A stretch of 64,000 bases of DNA from Vicugna vicugna (lineage: Eukaryota). The stretch spans positions 744,001-808,000 of the forward strand of contig MU057724.1 in assembly GCA_013265495.1 (NCBI GenBank), given 5' to 3'. The notes below the pieces were generated by a model, which did no database searches, was not told the origin of the DNA, and saw only the letters and a program-made list of their open reading frames with translations. Positions 45,861 to 58,702 of the stretch are shown here, piece after piece. Both the position numbers and the translations under genes were made by a program. Within the stretch, counting starts at the first letter, position 1. Each line of letters opens with the position of its first letter.

Positions 45861-48720
45861 GTGGGGAGGCCTTTTTTTCCTCCCTTTTGCAAGAAGGGTC
45901 CAATCACAGCCGAGAGGTTCAGATTTCAGCTCCTCCCTCTGGGACAGCTGTGAACAGAGGAAGAATCTGTTGTCAGACTAAATTATTCTGGTTCAGAATG
46001 GGTAGTTCTCCGGATTTCAGTGGAGAGGAGGAAGAGTGCTTAAGCATTTTCAGGAGAGGCCGTTTTCCTTCTTGAGCTCGCCGGTCGTTCGCGCTCTCGG
46101 AGAGAGAGAGCTGGATCCGCCGGACCGGGCCTGGCTTCCAGATGTGGGCTCCGTGCGCGCTGGGGAGGAGAGGGGGTCCCCCGGATCCCGGCCAGCCCCT
46201 GGGGTTTGGAGAGATTTTGCTCGCACGGGGACGGGACAGTTCACTCCTGGCTTTTGGAAAAGGAAGGTAGCGGCCAAGACAAAGCCTAGTGAGTGAGGAG
46301 TGGTCCCCGCAGGGGGCTTCCCGGCGCCACACGCTGGGGACTCGCTCACGCCCAGAGGCCCGGCACAGCCGGGGGCGGCACTTCCTCTGGAAATGAAGCG
46401 GTCCTGTCACCATATTAGCCATGGTGCTTGAAAGAAACGCTTTGTAGCCCCTGAAAGACCCGCTTGTGGGGAGAACCGGGCCACTGCAGAGATGAGAAGG
46501 AAGGAGGGGTTGATGTCACCGGGAAGGCGGAGAGCTGGCCACAAAGGCATCTGATAAGGGCCTGTCTCTTCTCCCGCATCGCGATGTATTTTTATGGAGA
46601 AAAAGCGTGAAGGGGCCTTTAGAGGCAACGATGTCGGTATTTATCTGCTTTTATGCGGCGGTGTTGCTTCAGCATAAAGTTGTCAAAACTCACCTGGGTG
46701 TCTGTCTGGGGTTTTTAATGAAACGACGCTGCTTTGCGTACTGTGGTTCAAGTTCTGAGCTAGTCTAGTAACCAGCAAAAATACTTTGATTTCGTCTCTG
46801 GGGTATTAAATCTTAAAAGACACCAAGGGGGCTCATTTTAAAGATGAAGTTTCAACCGTATTTTCAAGCATCTCTGTCCCGTCCAGACTTTCCTCCCTCA
46901 ACTTTGGCTTAAAGATTAAGGAAGGAACAAATTTGCAATCAGACCGCCCTGCCCTTGATTCTAACAGGTGCTGGGAGAAAAAAAAAGTGAAAAAATAACA
47001 GTGCGAAGTCAAGACTTGTAGGAGGGAAGTGCATGTCTGGCTGCACAGCTCCCTGATCTGGGGGTGCGGGAGTGGGGAGGAGTGAGCTGGGGAGGGCGGG
47101 CGCCAGGCTTCCTGGCTTATTTCAATGGTCCTATTTTTTTTTTCACCTCCCCAAAGTCACTAATTTAAACGCCAGAGAAAGGAATTTAGATGCATCTCTA
47201 TGTTAAAAGGAACAGAATTTGTAGGGTCATATGAATATGTGTGGGAATCCTCCCCAAACTATACCCTGGAGGGTACAACTCAGAGCAAGGTTTCCGCGCC
47301 TGGTGTCCCCAGGGCTCACGCAGATCCGCCCTGTTTACTGGAGCGGCAGCCTGCCTTGTCCCGCCCGACTGCTTCCTGCAGAAGGCACTTCTTGTTAGAG
47401 ATGCGACCCACTTGAGAAAACGCAGGTGCCCGGGGCTCTCATTTCTCCCTTTTGCTCCCCACAGAGTCTGTTCACAGCAGTGAGGAGTGGAGGACATTCT
47501 GGTGTTTCTTTGATGGTAATTACAACACAAGATCACCTGCTAAAGTGTATTTGAACAGTTCATGTCTAACAGTCATTCACTACTCTTGGAAAAACCCTTG
47601 GATTTGGATTAAGGATGCATGTCCAGGGGAGCTCATCACACAGACAGGAGTCAGAGTCAGAACATGTTCCCATGCCTGCTGTCTGAGGGGACAGCGCTGG
47701 GGGTCCTGTCTGAGGTGTGTCATCATACAGGTCTCTAGAGGCCTGTGTGAGGTTTGCTCTGCTCCCAGGAGGGGCTCGGCTCATCCTGGTGACACCAGGA
47801 TGCTGTTAGGGACAAGTGAAGGGCCTTCAGGTCCCCACCCACAGGCTAGCAGCAAGGGCCCTGCTCAGATGAGATGAAGGTTCTCGCCCCACAAGGCAGA
47901 GGGGCCATGTGGAGAAGCTGGCCTGGGTCGCTGACTCAAGATGCTCCTTCCTGAGGACAGAAACCTGAGCCAAGGCAGGATCTCAGCCTAAGTGTTTCAT
48001 CTGGGCAAAGCAAACCCAAGTGGGTTTTGTCGTGGAAGATGCCAGTCCTGGGTTGATATAGTCAGGCTCGCTGGGCTGGTGAGGGCAGGCGCTGGTCCTG
48101 AGATGTCAGCCCTGGTGGAGGAGGGGTGCAGGTCTCTGGTTTCTGAAGAGGCTGACAAGGATGGTCTGTGGACAACTTGGTAAACGAAAGGTCTGTGACC
48201 TCGCAGGAGGGCCGGCCTTCCCCGCAGGTCCCTGTGCTGGCAGGATTTCTCCTGGCCCTGGTCTTTCCCATGAAAGACATATTCTCGCCTTGCCAAAGAG
48301 GGGACGGGTCAGATTCATGAGATTAGGGACTGCACCTCAGGCTTGTTTTCTCGGCACAGAGATTTGTGGACACAGAGGTATTGAGGATGCGAGAGGCCGG
48401 ACGGATACTGACAGCCAAGTTAGGAAATAAAGCGTGTCCAGCCCCAGGAGAACCCAGGGCTTCACAGAGACAGGGAATCTGTCTTTTCTGCTTGTTTGTG
48501 GCTCCATCGCCCGGAGCAGGCGGGGGAGGGATGACCTCCCTGGAAAGATATGCAGTCGTGGAATGTGGTGGGTTTGACTGTGATGTCTGGAGAACATTAT
48601 AGTGCAGAACTAATAATTTAACTATTTAGATAGTAACAAAGTGGTTCTTGGGTGTGGCTTTGAAGTTCGAATGACATGTGATGTCCTCGTGCTTTTGTGT
48701 GCATCTGTATTTGTATGCAG

Positions 48721-48765
48721 ATGTGTGTGTGTGTGTGTGTGTATTTGTGTATATATATATATATT
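48721..48765. repeat. (TG)n-(TA)n compound microsatellite
   Basis: atgtgtgtgtgtgtgtgtgtgtatttgtgtatatatatatatat. Confidence 0.9.
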
Positions 48766-49329
48766 TGTATTTGTAGTCCTAATTCATAATCCAGCTCTGC
48801 TTCAGATAAAGTCAACCAACCCCTAAAAGAGAAATGAATGTTTCCTTTAGTACCTGGGTTTCTCCACCTGTGGATCATGTTGAATACTCTTCCTCTATTT
48901 GTTTTAGGATGATCTGGGGACAAACGCTTCCCCGTATAAAAGGGGAACCGTCAGCGGGTGGAGGACTCTGCTCCTCTATTCTGAGTTGCATCACAGGGAG
49001 GGTCCCTTTCCTCTGGGGATGTGGCTGTAACTCACGTCCACCTCAATGCACACGAGTGTGTCCGCTCAGCGAGGTGAGTGTGAGCATGAGTGTGTGTGTG
49101 TGTGCGCGCAGAACCCCGGGGAAGGGTGCTGTCAGGTGTCCTGGTGCTGTGTGACAGAGCCTGGTCCTTCCCACGTGCTCCCAGGGCAGCACCGGCTGCG
49201 CCCCCAGCCGCAGGGCTGTGTCTGTCCAGCTCCAGTGCTGTCCATGTAGGAAGCGCCCCGTTTGGTGCGTTTTAGCACCAAACGGAAAACCCGGCTTAAC
49301 ATGGGAGCAGCTTCCAGTGAGATGCACTT

Positions 49330-50260
49330 CGCGTCCAGTCACTGTGCTCGAAATCTCGTTTCTAGTTACGTGGTTTCCGCGCCCCCTTTCCGTCTGGGTG
49401 GCTGCAGCACGGCCGCGCGTCCCTCGCGGTCAAGGACACCCAGCTCCTCGGCGTGCCGTCCGTGCCGGGGGAGCGCCGCGCTCCTGGAGCCGGGCGGAGG
49501 CGCGCGGCCGCGGGCTTCCCCGCCCCGGCGCGGCGCCGGCATGTGTGGTCGCGCAGAGACCCCTGCCGGCGCCGCCGGGAAGGCGCCCTGCTTCGCTTTC
49601 CGGCCTCCGTTCCCGCGGGCCCTTAGCGGGGCCCGCCCCCTCGTGGACAGCGGGCGACTCGACACACCCAGGGCGTCAGCCCGCCCTCGCTGGTTCCCGG
49701 CCCGAGTTCCGGCGGACGTTACCTAAATCCTGAATTTTACTTCGTTCCCGATTAACAGTGACTGCGGCGTGTTCGGAGAAGCCCAGGAGGCCCTTGCACT
49801 TCGGGGCTGTGTAGGTGGTGCGTAGCGGGGTGGCGGTCACCGTCTGCGCCGCGGTGCAGGAAGCCGGCGGAGGCGCCGGCCTCGGGTCGGCGCTTAGTGG
49901 GCACCTCCGTGACGCCCCCTGCCCCGCTGCTGCCCCACCGGGCAGAGGTTTCAAGGCCGGACAAAGCACCCGGGGCCTCGGAGGGGGAGACGGAGCGGGC
50001 GCGCCCGTCCCCCTCCAGGGCGAGGAGCGCGGGATGCCGCTTGGTCTGCTAGGCGGGGAGGGAGACGACGCAGGCAGGTTGCCGGAGGTGCCGTGTGAGC
50101 CCGGCGGCGCGGGGCTCTCCGCCCTGCTCGCTTAACCCCGGAGCAGCCGGCCCTGCGGGGGGGGGGGGCAGTGGAGACACAGGCCAGGCCGCCGGCTGCT
50201 AAGGGCCAGGGGAGGGCATTGGCCTCCGGGCCGCTTCTCTTCAAATCCGTTACAAGTTGA
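49330..50260. promoter_or_regulatory. CpG-island-like region ~3.5-4.4 kb upstream of SNAI2
   Basis: Very dense CpG/GC and GC-box-like motifs; no recognisable coding content. Confidence 0.55.
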
Positions 50261-51968
50261 TTTTCCGTCCTAGGACCGCAGAGCAGAGCACACCTGTTAG
50301 AAAAGTGCCTTCCTACGTCCTCCTCCCCGCCCCCCAGAAGGCTCACACGCGGGTTTGTAGCCTTGGTGCGGCCCCTCCCACTTCCCACAGTCTCGCTGCC
50401 TGTCTTCCTCCTTCCTAAGTCACCTGGGGTCGTGGCTGCCAGACTTCACACCCGACACCATCCCCCAGGTGCTAGGTGTGACTCTGGGGAGTCTCGTGGC
50501 CAGGAGCCCGAGTGCTCAGCGAAGCGGCTGCGTGGTCTCTGCTCTGCCCTGGCTGGTCACCAACTGCCATCCCGTAAGCACCACGTGCTTGTCAGACCAG
50601 AAGGGGCTGGAAGTTACTTCAGTCTTTAATGGGGTTTTGTGGGGGCGGTAAGCCCATTAGTCGGGACGCAGAGCTTACAAATGCACTGGAGACATTCGTT
50701 CCACTGCCTGAAAGTGTCTCTCTCTGCAGACATGTGTGCGTGTATGTGTGGTCTGCACGTGTGGGGTGTGTGCGTGCGCCTGTGCACACGCGTGGGCCGA
50801 TTGGACCGCTCATTTACAAGAGGGGCCAAGGCCCTTCCTCGGGAAGGTTGGGGAACCTGCCCGTCAGATGTGACCCCGAACCAACCCTGAAACCGACCCT
50901 GGGTCCCCGTGGGAAGCGCTCCACCTGGCGGGTCTTGGACTCCGCATCCGAAGTGCTGCGAGAGTTGGGGAGAAGCCTGGAACAGGGACTCACGAGGAGC
51001 CCTCGGGTTTCAGAGGAAGACGGCGTGGCTGGGGCGGAGTGACAGAGGAAGTGTGAGCGCCTCCAGGTACCCCCGCCGACGCACGGGCGTCCAGGCCTGG
51101 AGGGTCCAGGGCACTGGCCCTAGAGGCAGCCGCACCGACAGGTGCCCAGGAGACTGGTGGGTGCCCAGGGGAGGGGCTGCGGCCCGGAATGAGGGGCTGC
51201 TGGACTCCTGGGTGCCCAGCGAGCAGCAGGCGGGCCAGGGCGGAGTTGCTCCCCGCAGACACAGGGGTGCCCAGGGGCCCGGCAGCAGGGGTCGGAGAGG
51301 CCAGAGTGGCGGAGGAGAACACCGGGTTCCAAGGGGGAACCGAACCCTTGTCCCATGGACCCCATGATAGCCCTGTGGGACCTGGGATGACTTCCAGGAG
51401 CTCAGGGCCTGGGTCAGTGGGCAGAATGGGGTGTCCCCGACATGCTGAGCAGGGACAGGGAGTGGAGAGGGGGGCGGCAGTTTGCGAATATTGCTGCCCC
51501 AGACCTCCACCCCGAGATGCTCGGTCAGTGCCTCGCCTTCCCCTTCCCTGGGGTCTGAGTCGTCCACGTCCACCCCGACGCTAATGCCAAGAGCCTTTCA
51601 GGCAGACTGAGACGCGTCAGGGCAATGCAGAGAAGCCACGTCTAAATCATGCTATTCTGATGGTCCCCAGTTTAGGTCCTTGGTCACCCCCTGGTGAGCC
51701 ACTTCCCAAGCAGGGTCTGCCAGTCACTCGGAGAACACGCGGCTCCTGCCGGCTTCTGTGGCCCCTGCTCACCCAGACAGTGCCGTCGCCAGCCCCTCGT
51801 AGGGGGGACACTGTTCACAAGCCCCACGATGGGGAGCTGGGCCCAGTCTGGCAGACCCTGTGGGCGTTTTGATTCACTACTGACAACTGTCTGTCCTGGA
51901 TAGAGACTCACTTCATACTCTGTGATTTCTTCAAAGTAGACATATTCTTAAACGCTGCCTGTTTAAAA

Positions 51969-51984
51969 ACACACACACACACAC
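51969..51984. repeat. (AC)8 microsatellite
   Basis: acacacacacacacac. Confidence 0.9.
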
Positions 51985-53169
51985 AGATACATACCCACCA
52001 GCAGAGTGATTTTTTTCTTCTAAATGTGCTCTTTGGCCTGCATTAAAAGTAAGTCTCCTCTGAAAGCTGGTGTCATAATGGGAGCCAAGCATGTGCTCAC
52101 TCGGCACCTTCAGACCTCGGATGTAAACCTCTCGCTTGTCCTGGGTGACAACTAACTGGTCCCCTCGCCCTCTATCCAGCTCCCGGACTGCAGAAGAGTA
52201 TTAACATCTCACGCTGAAGTCCTGTGAACGTGACCCCCTCCAGCAGCAAGAGGCGACTGGCTGACCGCAGAGACTAAGTCCCTTAGGAGCTGGGCTGGGA
52301 GTCTGCCCCCTCTCCCCAGCACAGCTGCAAAGGCCCAGGCTGGCTGAGGGATGCAATCCGTTCTGCTCTTTCCGACAGGAAGCTGGAGACCCCGTGAAAT
52401 CACTCACAAGTGACAGTGGGTGAGCGTCAAGGGCATGAGGACAATTCTGAAACGTCAAATTGTCTTGAATCCTTGGAATTACATCACCGGTGATGAGCAA
52501 TGACCAGACCCAGCCATGGCTGGGTGAGATTTTCCATCCGTGGTTGGTCTGGATGTCATCAGCATGAGGAGGAGGGGGTCCCCGAGATGGCTGCGAGTCC
52601 CCTCCGCCCTGCCACCTGCCACAAAGCACCAGGCAAGCCAGTGCCCGCACAGGAATGGCCACTGGCCCTGCGAGCAGGTCCACGTCCTCCATCAACAAGA
52701 ACCCCTCCCTCCCAGTGCCTCCCGTGGGGACCACCAGACACCTGCAACCACGCTGGCTCCTCCGCGTAAACACGTCCCTTGTGTCTACAGATGACAGCGA
52801 ACGTTTGTCCAGTTACATACAAAAAGGAATAAAAGGAAAACCCGCCCCGGGTAGCTGCTGTTTAAAGTCGTGGGCTCAGGCGAGAAGACACCCCCGAATC
52901 CCAAGGGCTCAGAGCCAGTCGTCTGCGTGGCTGAGACCTGGAATTCGTGGCAACTGTTCTCTTAGTCCGCTGTTTTTTGCAACGAGATGTTAGCAGAACA
53001 ACCGTTTATTAGCCTCCAAGTATTTGGAAATCAGACAATCACAGCCCTTATGCCGACTGGGTGGGTGTGTCTGGTCAAGGGCGTAATAAAGAATGACGTG
53101 ACCCAGACGGAGCGCCTGTGCTGACGGCAGGCTTTGAAGCGCAGTAGGTCTGGGTCTGATAATGACCGG

Positions 53170-53285
53170 TGTCACTGACTGGCTGAGTGACCTCAGGCGA
53201 ATTATTTAATTCCCGTTTGCTCATTGGTAAAGTAGGAGTATCGGTGCTATCCGGCAGAGCTGTGCAAGGACCTGAGATGAGGCGC
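53170..53285 (+). mobile_element. MIR SINE fragment
   Basis: actgactggctgagtgacctcaggcgaattatttaa...gtttgctcattggtaaagtagg. Confidence 0.55.
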
Positions 53286-54519
53286 ATGCGTGCAGACCAC
53301 AGGGCCCAGCGTGTGGGGCGATGGCACTGCCCTCCTGCAGGTGCGTGCTGTGCGCCAGGCGCTGTGCCGTGGTGCCCACGGGCTTCCCAAGGTAGCCGCC
53401 TGCAGGTCCTGCGGACAAGGATGGAGTCCGGTTCACCTGACTCCGGGGAGCTGTGCCCCGCGCCTCCCCCACGGGCCGGCTGACCTGCTCCGGGGAGGCG
53501 CGTTAACGGTAGCTCTCACTGTTAGCGACTGCGGTGCGACACCACTGTGTGACATCTTTTCTTGCTGTAGGAACGTTTTCACGAGGACCCGTGCCGGCCG
53601 TTAGGAGCCCGGCAGCGGCAGGCTGGTTCAGACACACAGCTGTTGCCTCTTGGAGCCGTGACTCTAGGGTGGCCCTTGGTCAGTTTTTGTTCTGCAGCAT
53701 CTTGTGTGGGGTTGGGGTAGAAGCAGTTCTGGGGCTTCTCCGAAATGAGATCCTGCCTCCACTGTCATTGCTGTAGGTTCTCAGGTTGGTGCTCATATGA
53801 CGGCACAAGAGGGCAGTGGGTCTGAGCCAAGGCAAGCGAGGAGACCTCCATCCCTTCCCAGCTGGAACTGGAGAGGACAGTCGACTGTTGTTAGGAGACG
53901 AGTCATTGCAGATTTGGGTATATTGCTGGTCGACCCAAGTCTTCCAAACTTAACAAGGGCAGCAGCCAAAGTCTCGGGTACCTTGGTCAGTCTGCAACAC
54001 AGGCGTCAGTGCCACTCCTGGGGCCGGGGTTCTGACGTGTGGCGGAGTCATCGCTCTGAACGCACTGCCGGAGCAGACGCGCTACGCTGTGACCGCTGCG
54101 GCGGCGCCGAGCACAGAAGAGCGTGCGCCCGGGGTGAATGGGGCGGGGCTGGGGGGCGGCAGACTGGGTTTCCCCTCTGCCCTGACGCCCGAGGATGGCT
54201 CCCTGGAGTTCACGCCTTCTACCCGAGGCGGCACGTGGGGCTTTGGAGGCCTTAACTGCTAGGTCAGATCATGACTTAGTTGACAAGTATTGAGGAAACG
54301 CCCAGCACGGACAAGGCCAGGCGCTGGACACCCGGGGACCCACGGTGAGCAGGGCTGAGCCCCGATCTCGGGAGCTTGCGGCTCGGGGGGCTGGGGGTCT
54401 CGTGCTCCTAAAATGCAAGCTACAGATGAGGGCAGTCGTGGTGGGCGAGGGGTGCTGCAGGAGTACATCAAGGAAAATCAGGCTTTCTTGGGAGTCGAGA
54501 TCCCTCTCTGCTGCAGCAA

Positions 54520-54750
54520 CGTTTGAACTGAGCTCAGAGGGTTGAGCAGCTGAGGGAGAGGCCGGCCGGGGGAAAAGACGTTCCCGGCAGAAGGAATGAC
54601 ACGCGGAGGGGGGCAGAGAGAGGCCCCGATTTAGGGCAGAGGGTGGACAGAAGGAGCCGCTAGTGAGGCCGAGGAGAGGGGCTGAGTCCAGGGCCGCTGT
54701 GGTCAGAGGTGTGGTCCGATTCTAGGTAAACGGGAAGACACTGGAGGAAA
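54520..54750 (-). mobile_element. LINE-2 fragment
   Basis: acgtttgaactgagctcagaggg...gggaaaagacgttcccggcagaaggaa...gattctaggtaaacgggaagacactggagg. Confidence 0.6.
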
Positions 54751-55149
54751 TCGTGTGTGCAAATACATATGCTGACATTTCACTGAAATAGAAAACGCTC
54801 TGTGTTCAGAGAGAAGCCAGCTGTCAAGCGTGAAAAGTGGAAGCCTCACCCTGGTGCCCCGACCCCGTCGCGCCCCTGGAAGCGCCGTGTCTGTTCTCTC
54901 TGTTGCTGGACGCGCCCTCTTGAGTGCGGATGGCCCTCCCGGACTCCTCCACTGTAAGCAGCGTCTACCGACTCCCCACCGTGAAGGCCGGGACGGGGCA
55001 GGCAGGGTTACTTTCCCACCTCCCTCCCTCACCGATTTGTGATGTTGGATTTTAAATGCAGTAATTCGAGGCAGAGAATTGGCACTGACACAGAAGCATC
55101 GCGAGAAGATCCCTTCATACGTTGTCTGCTTTGTAGGAAACCCTTCAAG

Positions 55150-55235
55150 GTCCGCGTTGTTACGAACACTTCTCGGACGCGGGGCCTTAGCACACGAGAT
55201 GCCCAGTGACCTCCCCAAGGTCACAGGCAGAATCT
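55150..55235 (-). mobile_element. MIR SINE fragment
   Basis: cagtgacctccccaaggtcacag ~ aagtgacttgcccaaggtcacacag. Confidence 0.5.
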
Positions 55236-56469
55236 GGACCATTTACAACCTGGCTTCACTCTGCTTTTTCCCGATTTGGGGCAGCTGGGACCGGTTGTCA
55301 CGACTGAGCCACGTGCTGGTTCTGACTGTAATTTATTCACAATCTACTGAGTCCTGCCGGGGTGTAAGTTAAGTCTGACGAGAGAGTCAGATGGATGCAG
55401 GTGAAGACTTTGTCATGTGCCTCCCTCTCGCCCTGAGTGGGAAGCCTTCCTTCCAGTGTTCAGCCTCCCCGGGGAAAGGCTGGCCCATGTGTCCTTCCAC
55501 CACCAAATGCCACTAAAAAGAATCAATTCCAATCATATTTTCTTCTACAGTTAAATCCGTTTTGTTTTGAGTTATTTCAAACCTAGAAGATCTTTCTGCA
55601 GGAACAGGACAGTGTCACAAATGCACGGATCACCCCCAGATGGTGCTTCAGGGCTGGTGTCCAGAGACCAGAAACCATTTAGTTCAGACGGCGAACATAG
55701 CCCTTCCTGTTGTTGGACCTAATCCTGCTGCGTGGTTGGCTTTGAGGGTTATTCAAGGAAGCCTGAAAGAATAATGACCTTTGCACGTACACCCCATCGA
55801 AGGCAAACGGCTTCTGTGTGGAGAGGGCGGGCTCCCCAGAGTCTTTCCAGCTTATTCCAGCTTGTCAGCTGGATGCACCGCAGGCTTAGCAGACCCGCTG
55901 GACCTGGAGTTTCACATGAGCACACCACCATGCGGGTTTCAGCGGGAAGTCGCTTCTGTGACTGAGGCTGTCCCACGTGCTTCACACGGAATAGTTTGTC
56001 CTTCAAAAGCCTGGAGGACAGTAAAATTTAAAAATAACAGTTGTTCTTTTATGTTCTGGTGTATTTATTTTTTCACTTTGTTTTTATCTTTTGATGTTTA
56101 AGAAATCCTAAGCTAATTGATGTTAACGGTACTGAGCAGCCCAGTGAGACCATGTTTCCTGGATCTGTTATTTTTGTGTGCGTATTACTGGGTGTTTTGT
56201 TAAAAGCTAAAAAATACCAGTTTTTAAATTCACCAATTATGTTTTCCCCTAAAGCTAATAGCTTTACTGGGGAGTCTTAGAAAAGAAAAAATTGCTACTG
56301 TCTGTTATATTTATTCTATTTACAAAAAATACACTGTTTAAAACTTTGTTAAGAATTGACATTTTTAAAAAAAATCTGGGAAGTGGAGGAAAAACAAGTT
56401 ACTTTGCTGTTCGCATTATAACAGAGCCTTTGGGAGCATTTTGTCGTGTTAATTTTCAAACTTCTTTCT

Positions 56470-56780
56470 CTGCACGTTTTATATTGTGTTATTGTATTTA
56501 CATCCAGGCAGAATTGCGTCCTTAGGATTTTCCTGTCAGTAAGTGCTCCTCAGGATTGTAACTGTAAATGATTACGTAATATTCCATCACAGGGAAGGAT
56601 CCTAATGTGTTTTAATATCTTCTCTCTGTGGACGTCTTCTTGTTTCCAAGTGCTCACTGTTACCAGCGATGCCACAGTACGTATGTTTGGTGGTAGAGAA
56701 AGCAGTCCTGGAAGTGCACTTACGCCAAGGGGTGTGAACTTCTTCACGGCTCAGGATGCAAACGGCCCAGACTCCAGCCA
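56470..56780 (-). mobile_element. Old LINE-1 (L1ME-like) 3'UTR fragment
   Basis: aatattccatc...tgtggacgtcttcttgtttccaag...tcctggaagtg...aaggggtgtgaac. Confidence 0.5.
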
Positions 56781-57009
56781 TTAGACTGAGGCGGCCTGTG
56801 CGCAGGGCCGAAGTCTGGGGGCAAGTTCCTGCAGCCACCCTGCTGTCAGCGGGGACGGCGTTGCCTTCCTGTTGCTGTTCTTTAGTACAAGGGAAAAAAG
56901 CATATCAGGGTTTAGGTTTTTGTTTGTTGGGTTCATTTAAGTTGTACAAGGCCCTCAGCTACTAAAGCCGAGCGCAGGACCCAGGTATTTCTGATCTCAG
57001 GGCTCCTTT

Positions 57010-57125
57010 CGTTAACAACCACGCTGTGCTTCTTCTGCGATCGTTCGCATCCTCACGGATGAAGCTGAAGCAACAGCCGTCACTGGGCTGTAATGAGTTG
57101 CACGAGGTGACACGAGGCATCAGGT
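57010..57125 (-). mobile_element. MIR SINE fragment
   Basis: taacaaccac...catcctcacggatgaagctgaagca...gagttgcacgaggtgacacg. Confidence 0.45.
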
Positions 57126-58207
57126 CTGGGGGCGTGTCAAACATGGAGCTCCCTCACACAGTGGCATCGACGTCTGCTGTTGTGTGCAGTCCCCGCTCAC
57201 GAATGTGTATATTTTCAATTTTCTCTATTTGTTCTAAAGATTAGAGAGCCCTTTGTTCTAGATCCTTTAAAAAGAAAATTCGAATTAACTATGTAGTGGA
57301 GCCAGCGTTTCCTGAGTGTCTGCTCTGGGATGCGTCCTCCCCTGGGGATCCTCTGAGTCTCCTGTTGGTGCTGCCCGCCGGGGTCTCCTGCACTTTCCTG
57401 CCCCACGAGAGCCCTGCCTGCACGCAGCCCAGTCCGAATAAACCCCCTGTGTCTGAGAAGTGTTTTCTCCCTCAAGTGCAAGAATGTTTTCTGGTTGGGA
57501 TGGACCCCCAGGAGCCCCAGTGAAGAGAGAATTCTTATTTCTCGGTAAGTTGCTTCTTTCAGTGCTTAAGTGCATCATTGTAAACGGACCTTAACTAAGA
57601 TACTAAATGACAGATGCTTCAAGTGATAAAAAGAAGCTATTTATCCCTTTTACCACAGGAGTGAAGGGCGTGGTTCACTATGGAGCCCCCTTGGGGTATT
57701 TTATCCACATTGAGCAACTAAAGTGTCCCCTGCGCACAAGGTCCCCTGTCAGACTCCATGGGACAGACAGTGAAGATGGTCCCCTGCCCTTGGGGGCTGG
57801 CCATGTGGTGGAAAAGTGGGGTGGGAGGAGCTCCGTAGGATGGACCCGAAGATGCCATCAGGTGCGTAAGGGCAGGTGCCAGGTGTCAACAGAGCTATGC
57901 CTTCTCCACACCCCTGTTCTTTGAGCAGTTCCCTTATTTCTCAAGTCATGCAAGTAGAGGTAATAGAAGTAACTGTCTGTGATAAACACATAAAAATCTC
58001 ACCTTCCAAACCAGTTTCCATGGAAACCAAAGAATAAGAATGGATGCATTATATATTCAACTGCTTTTGGGGACAATGCCATAAATCGATAGTTTTGCCT
58101 TTTATTTCAATTAGAATGCCTTACTATGTTGAATGTGAAAAGCATTTGGGCACACAGACTCTGGAACATGCTAAAATCTCTCCACTCCAATCATCACTTG
58201 CCGAAAC

Positions 58208-58300
58208 TATTCATTCACTAACAGTATTATTGGGCGCTTAGCATGTGCCGAGGTTTGAAGGTACAGCCCGTGAGACGGAGGACCTGACCGGTCATGAACC
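58208..58300 (-). mobile_element. LINE-2 3' tail fragment
   Basis: tattcattcactaacagtattattgggcgcttagcatgtgccgagg. Confidence 0.55.
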
Positions 58301-58471
58301 CCGGCTCTGCGTCGGGAAGGGGTCTGGGGACCCAAGGGCAGCGTCCCGTCCTGTGACATGTGTTGTTTTGCACTCTTTGTAATGGTCCCGCGTCAGGCTG
58401 ACCCATGGTTCTGAAATCCCTGCTGCCTGTCCTTTACCTTACTTCCTCTTTCAGCTGTTCTGTAACATTTT

Positions 58472-58702
58472 CCTTTTTACAGTTTTTATTAAGTTATAGT
58501 CACTTTACAATGTTGTGTCAAATTCCAGTGTAGAGCACAATTTTTCAGTTATACATGAACATACATATATTCATTGTCACATTTTTTTCTCTGTGAGCTA
58601 CCACAAGATCTTGTATATATTTCCCTGTGCTGCACAGTATAATCTTGTTTATCTATTCTACATTTTGAAATCCCAGTCTGTCCCTTCCCACCTCCCGCAT
58701 GG
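58472..58702 (-). mobile_element. Young 5'-truncated camelid-type LINE-1 with 13-bp target-site duplication
   Basis: tttttattaagttatagtcactttacaatgttgtgtcaaattccagtgtagagc...; flanked by tctgtaacatttt (58459-58471) and tctgtaacatctt (58703-58715). Confidence 0.8.

Larger units (their letters stand above)
44700..46400. promoter_or_regulatory. SNAI2: SNAI2 promoter / CpG island
   Basis: Dense CpG over exon 1, intron 1 and exon 2. CCAAT at 45900-45904, CAGCTG E-box at 45945-45950, CAGAC at 45974-45978, GCAGGTG E2-box at 45803-45809, GCGGGGGCG at 45761-45769. Confidence 0.75.

Noticed and set aside
46410-46419. CCATATTAGC resembling the c-fos CArG box CCATATTAGG
   Set aside because: The terminal GG required by SRF is broken, and a single motif gives no independent support.
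11195-47940. Scattered AP-1 heptamers (e.g. 11195, 17972, 18864, 20502)
   Set aside because: A 7-mer is expected several times in 64 kb; not informative without clustering or conservation.
47900-48450. Possible additional LINE-2 remnants
   Set aside because: The similarity is too patchy to set boundaries or a confident call.
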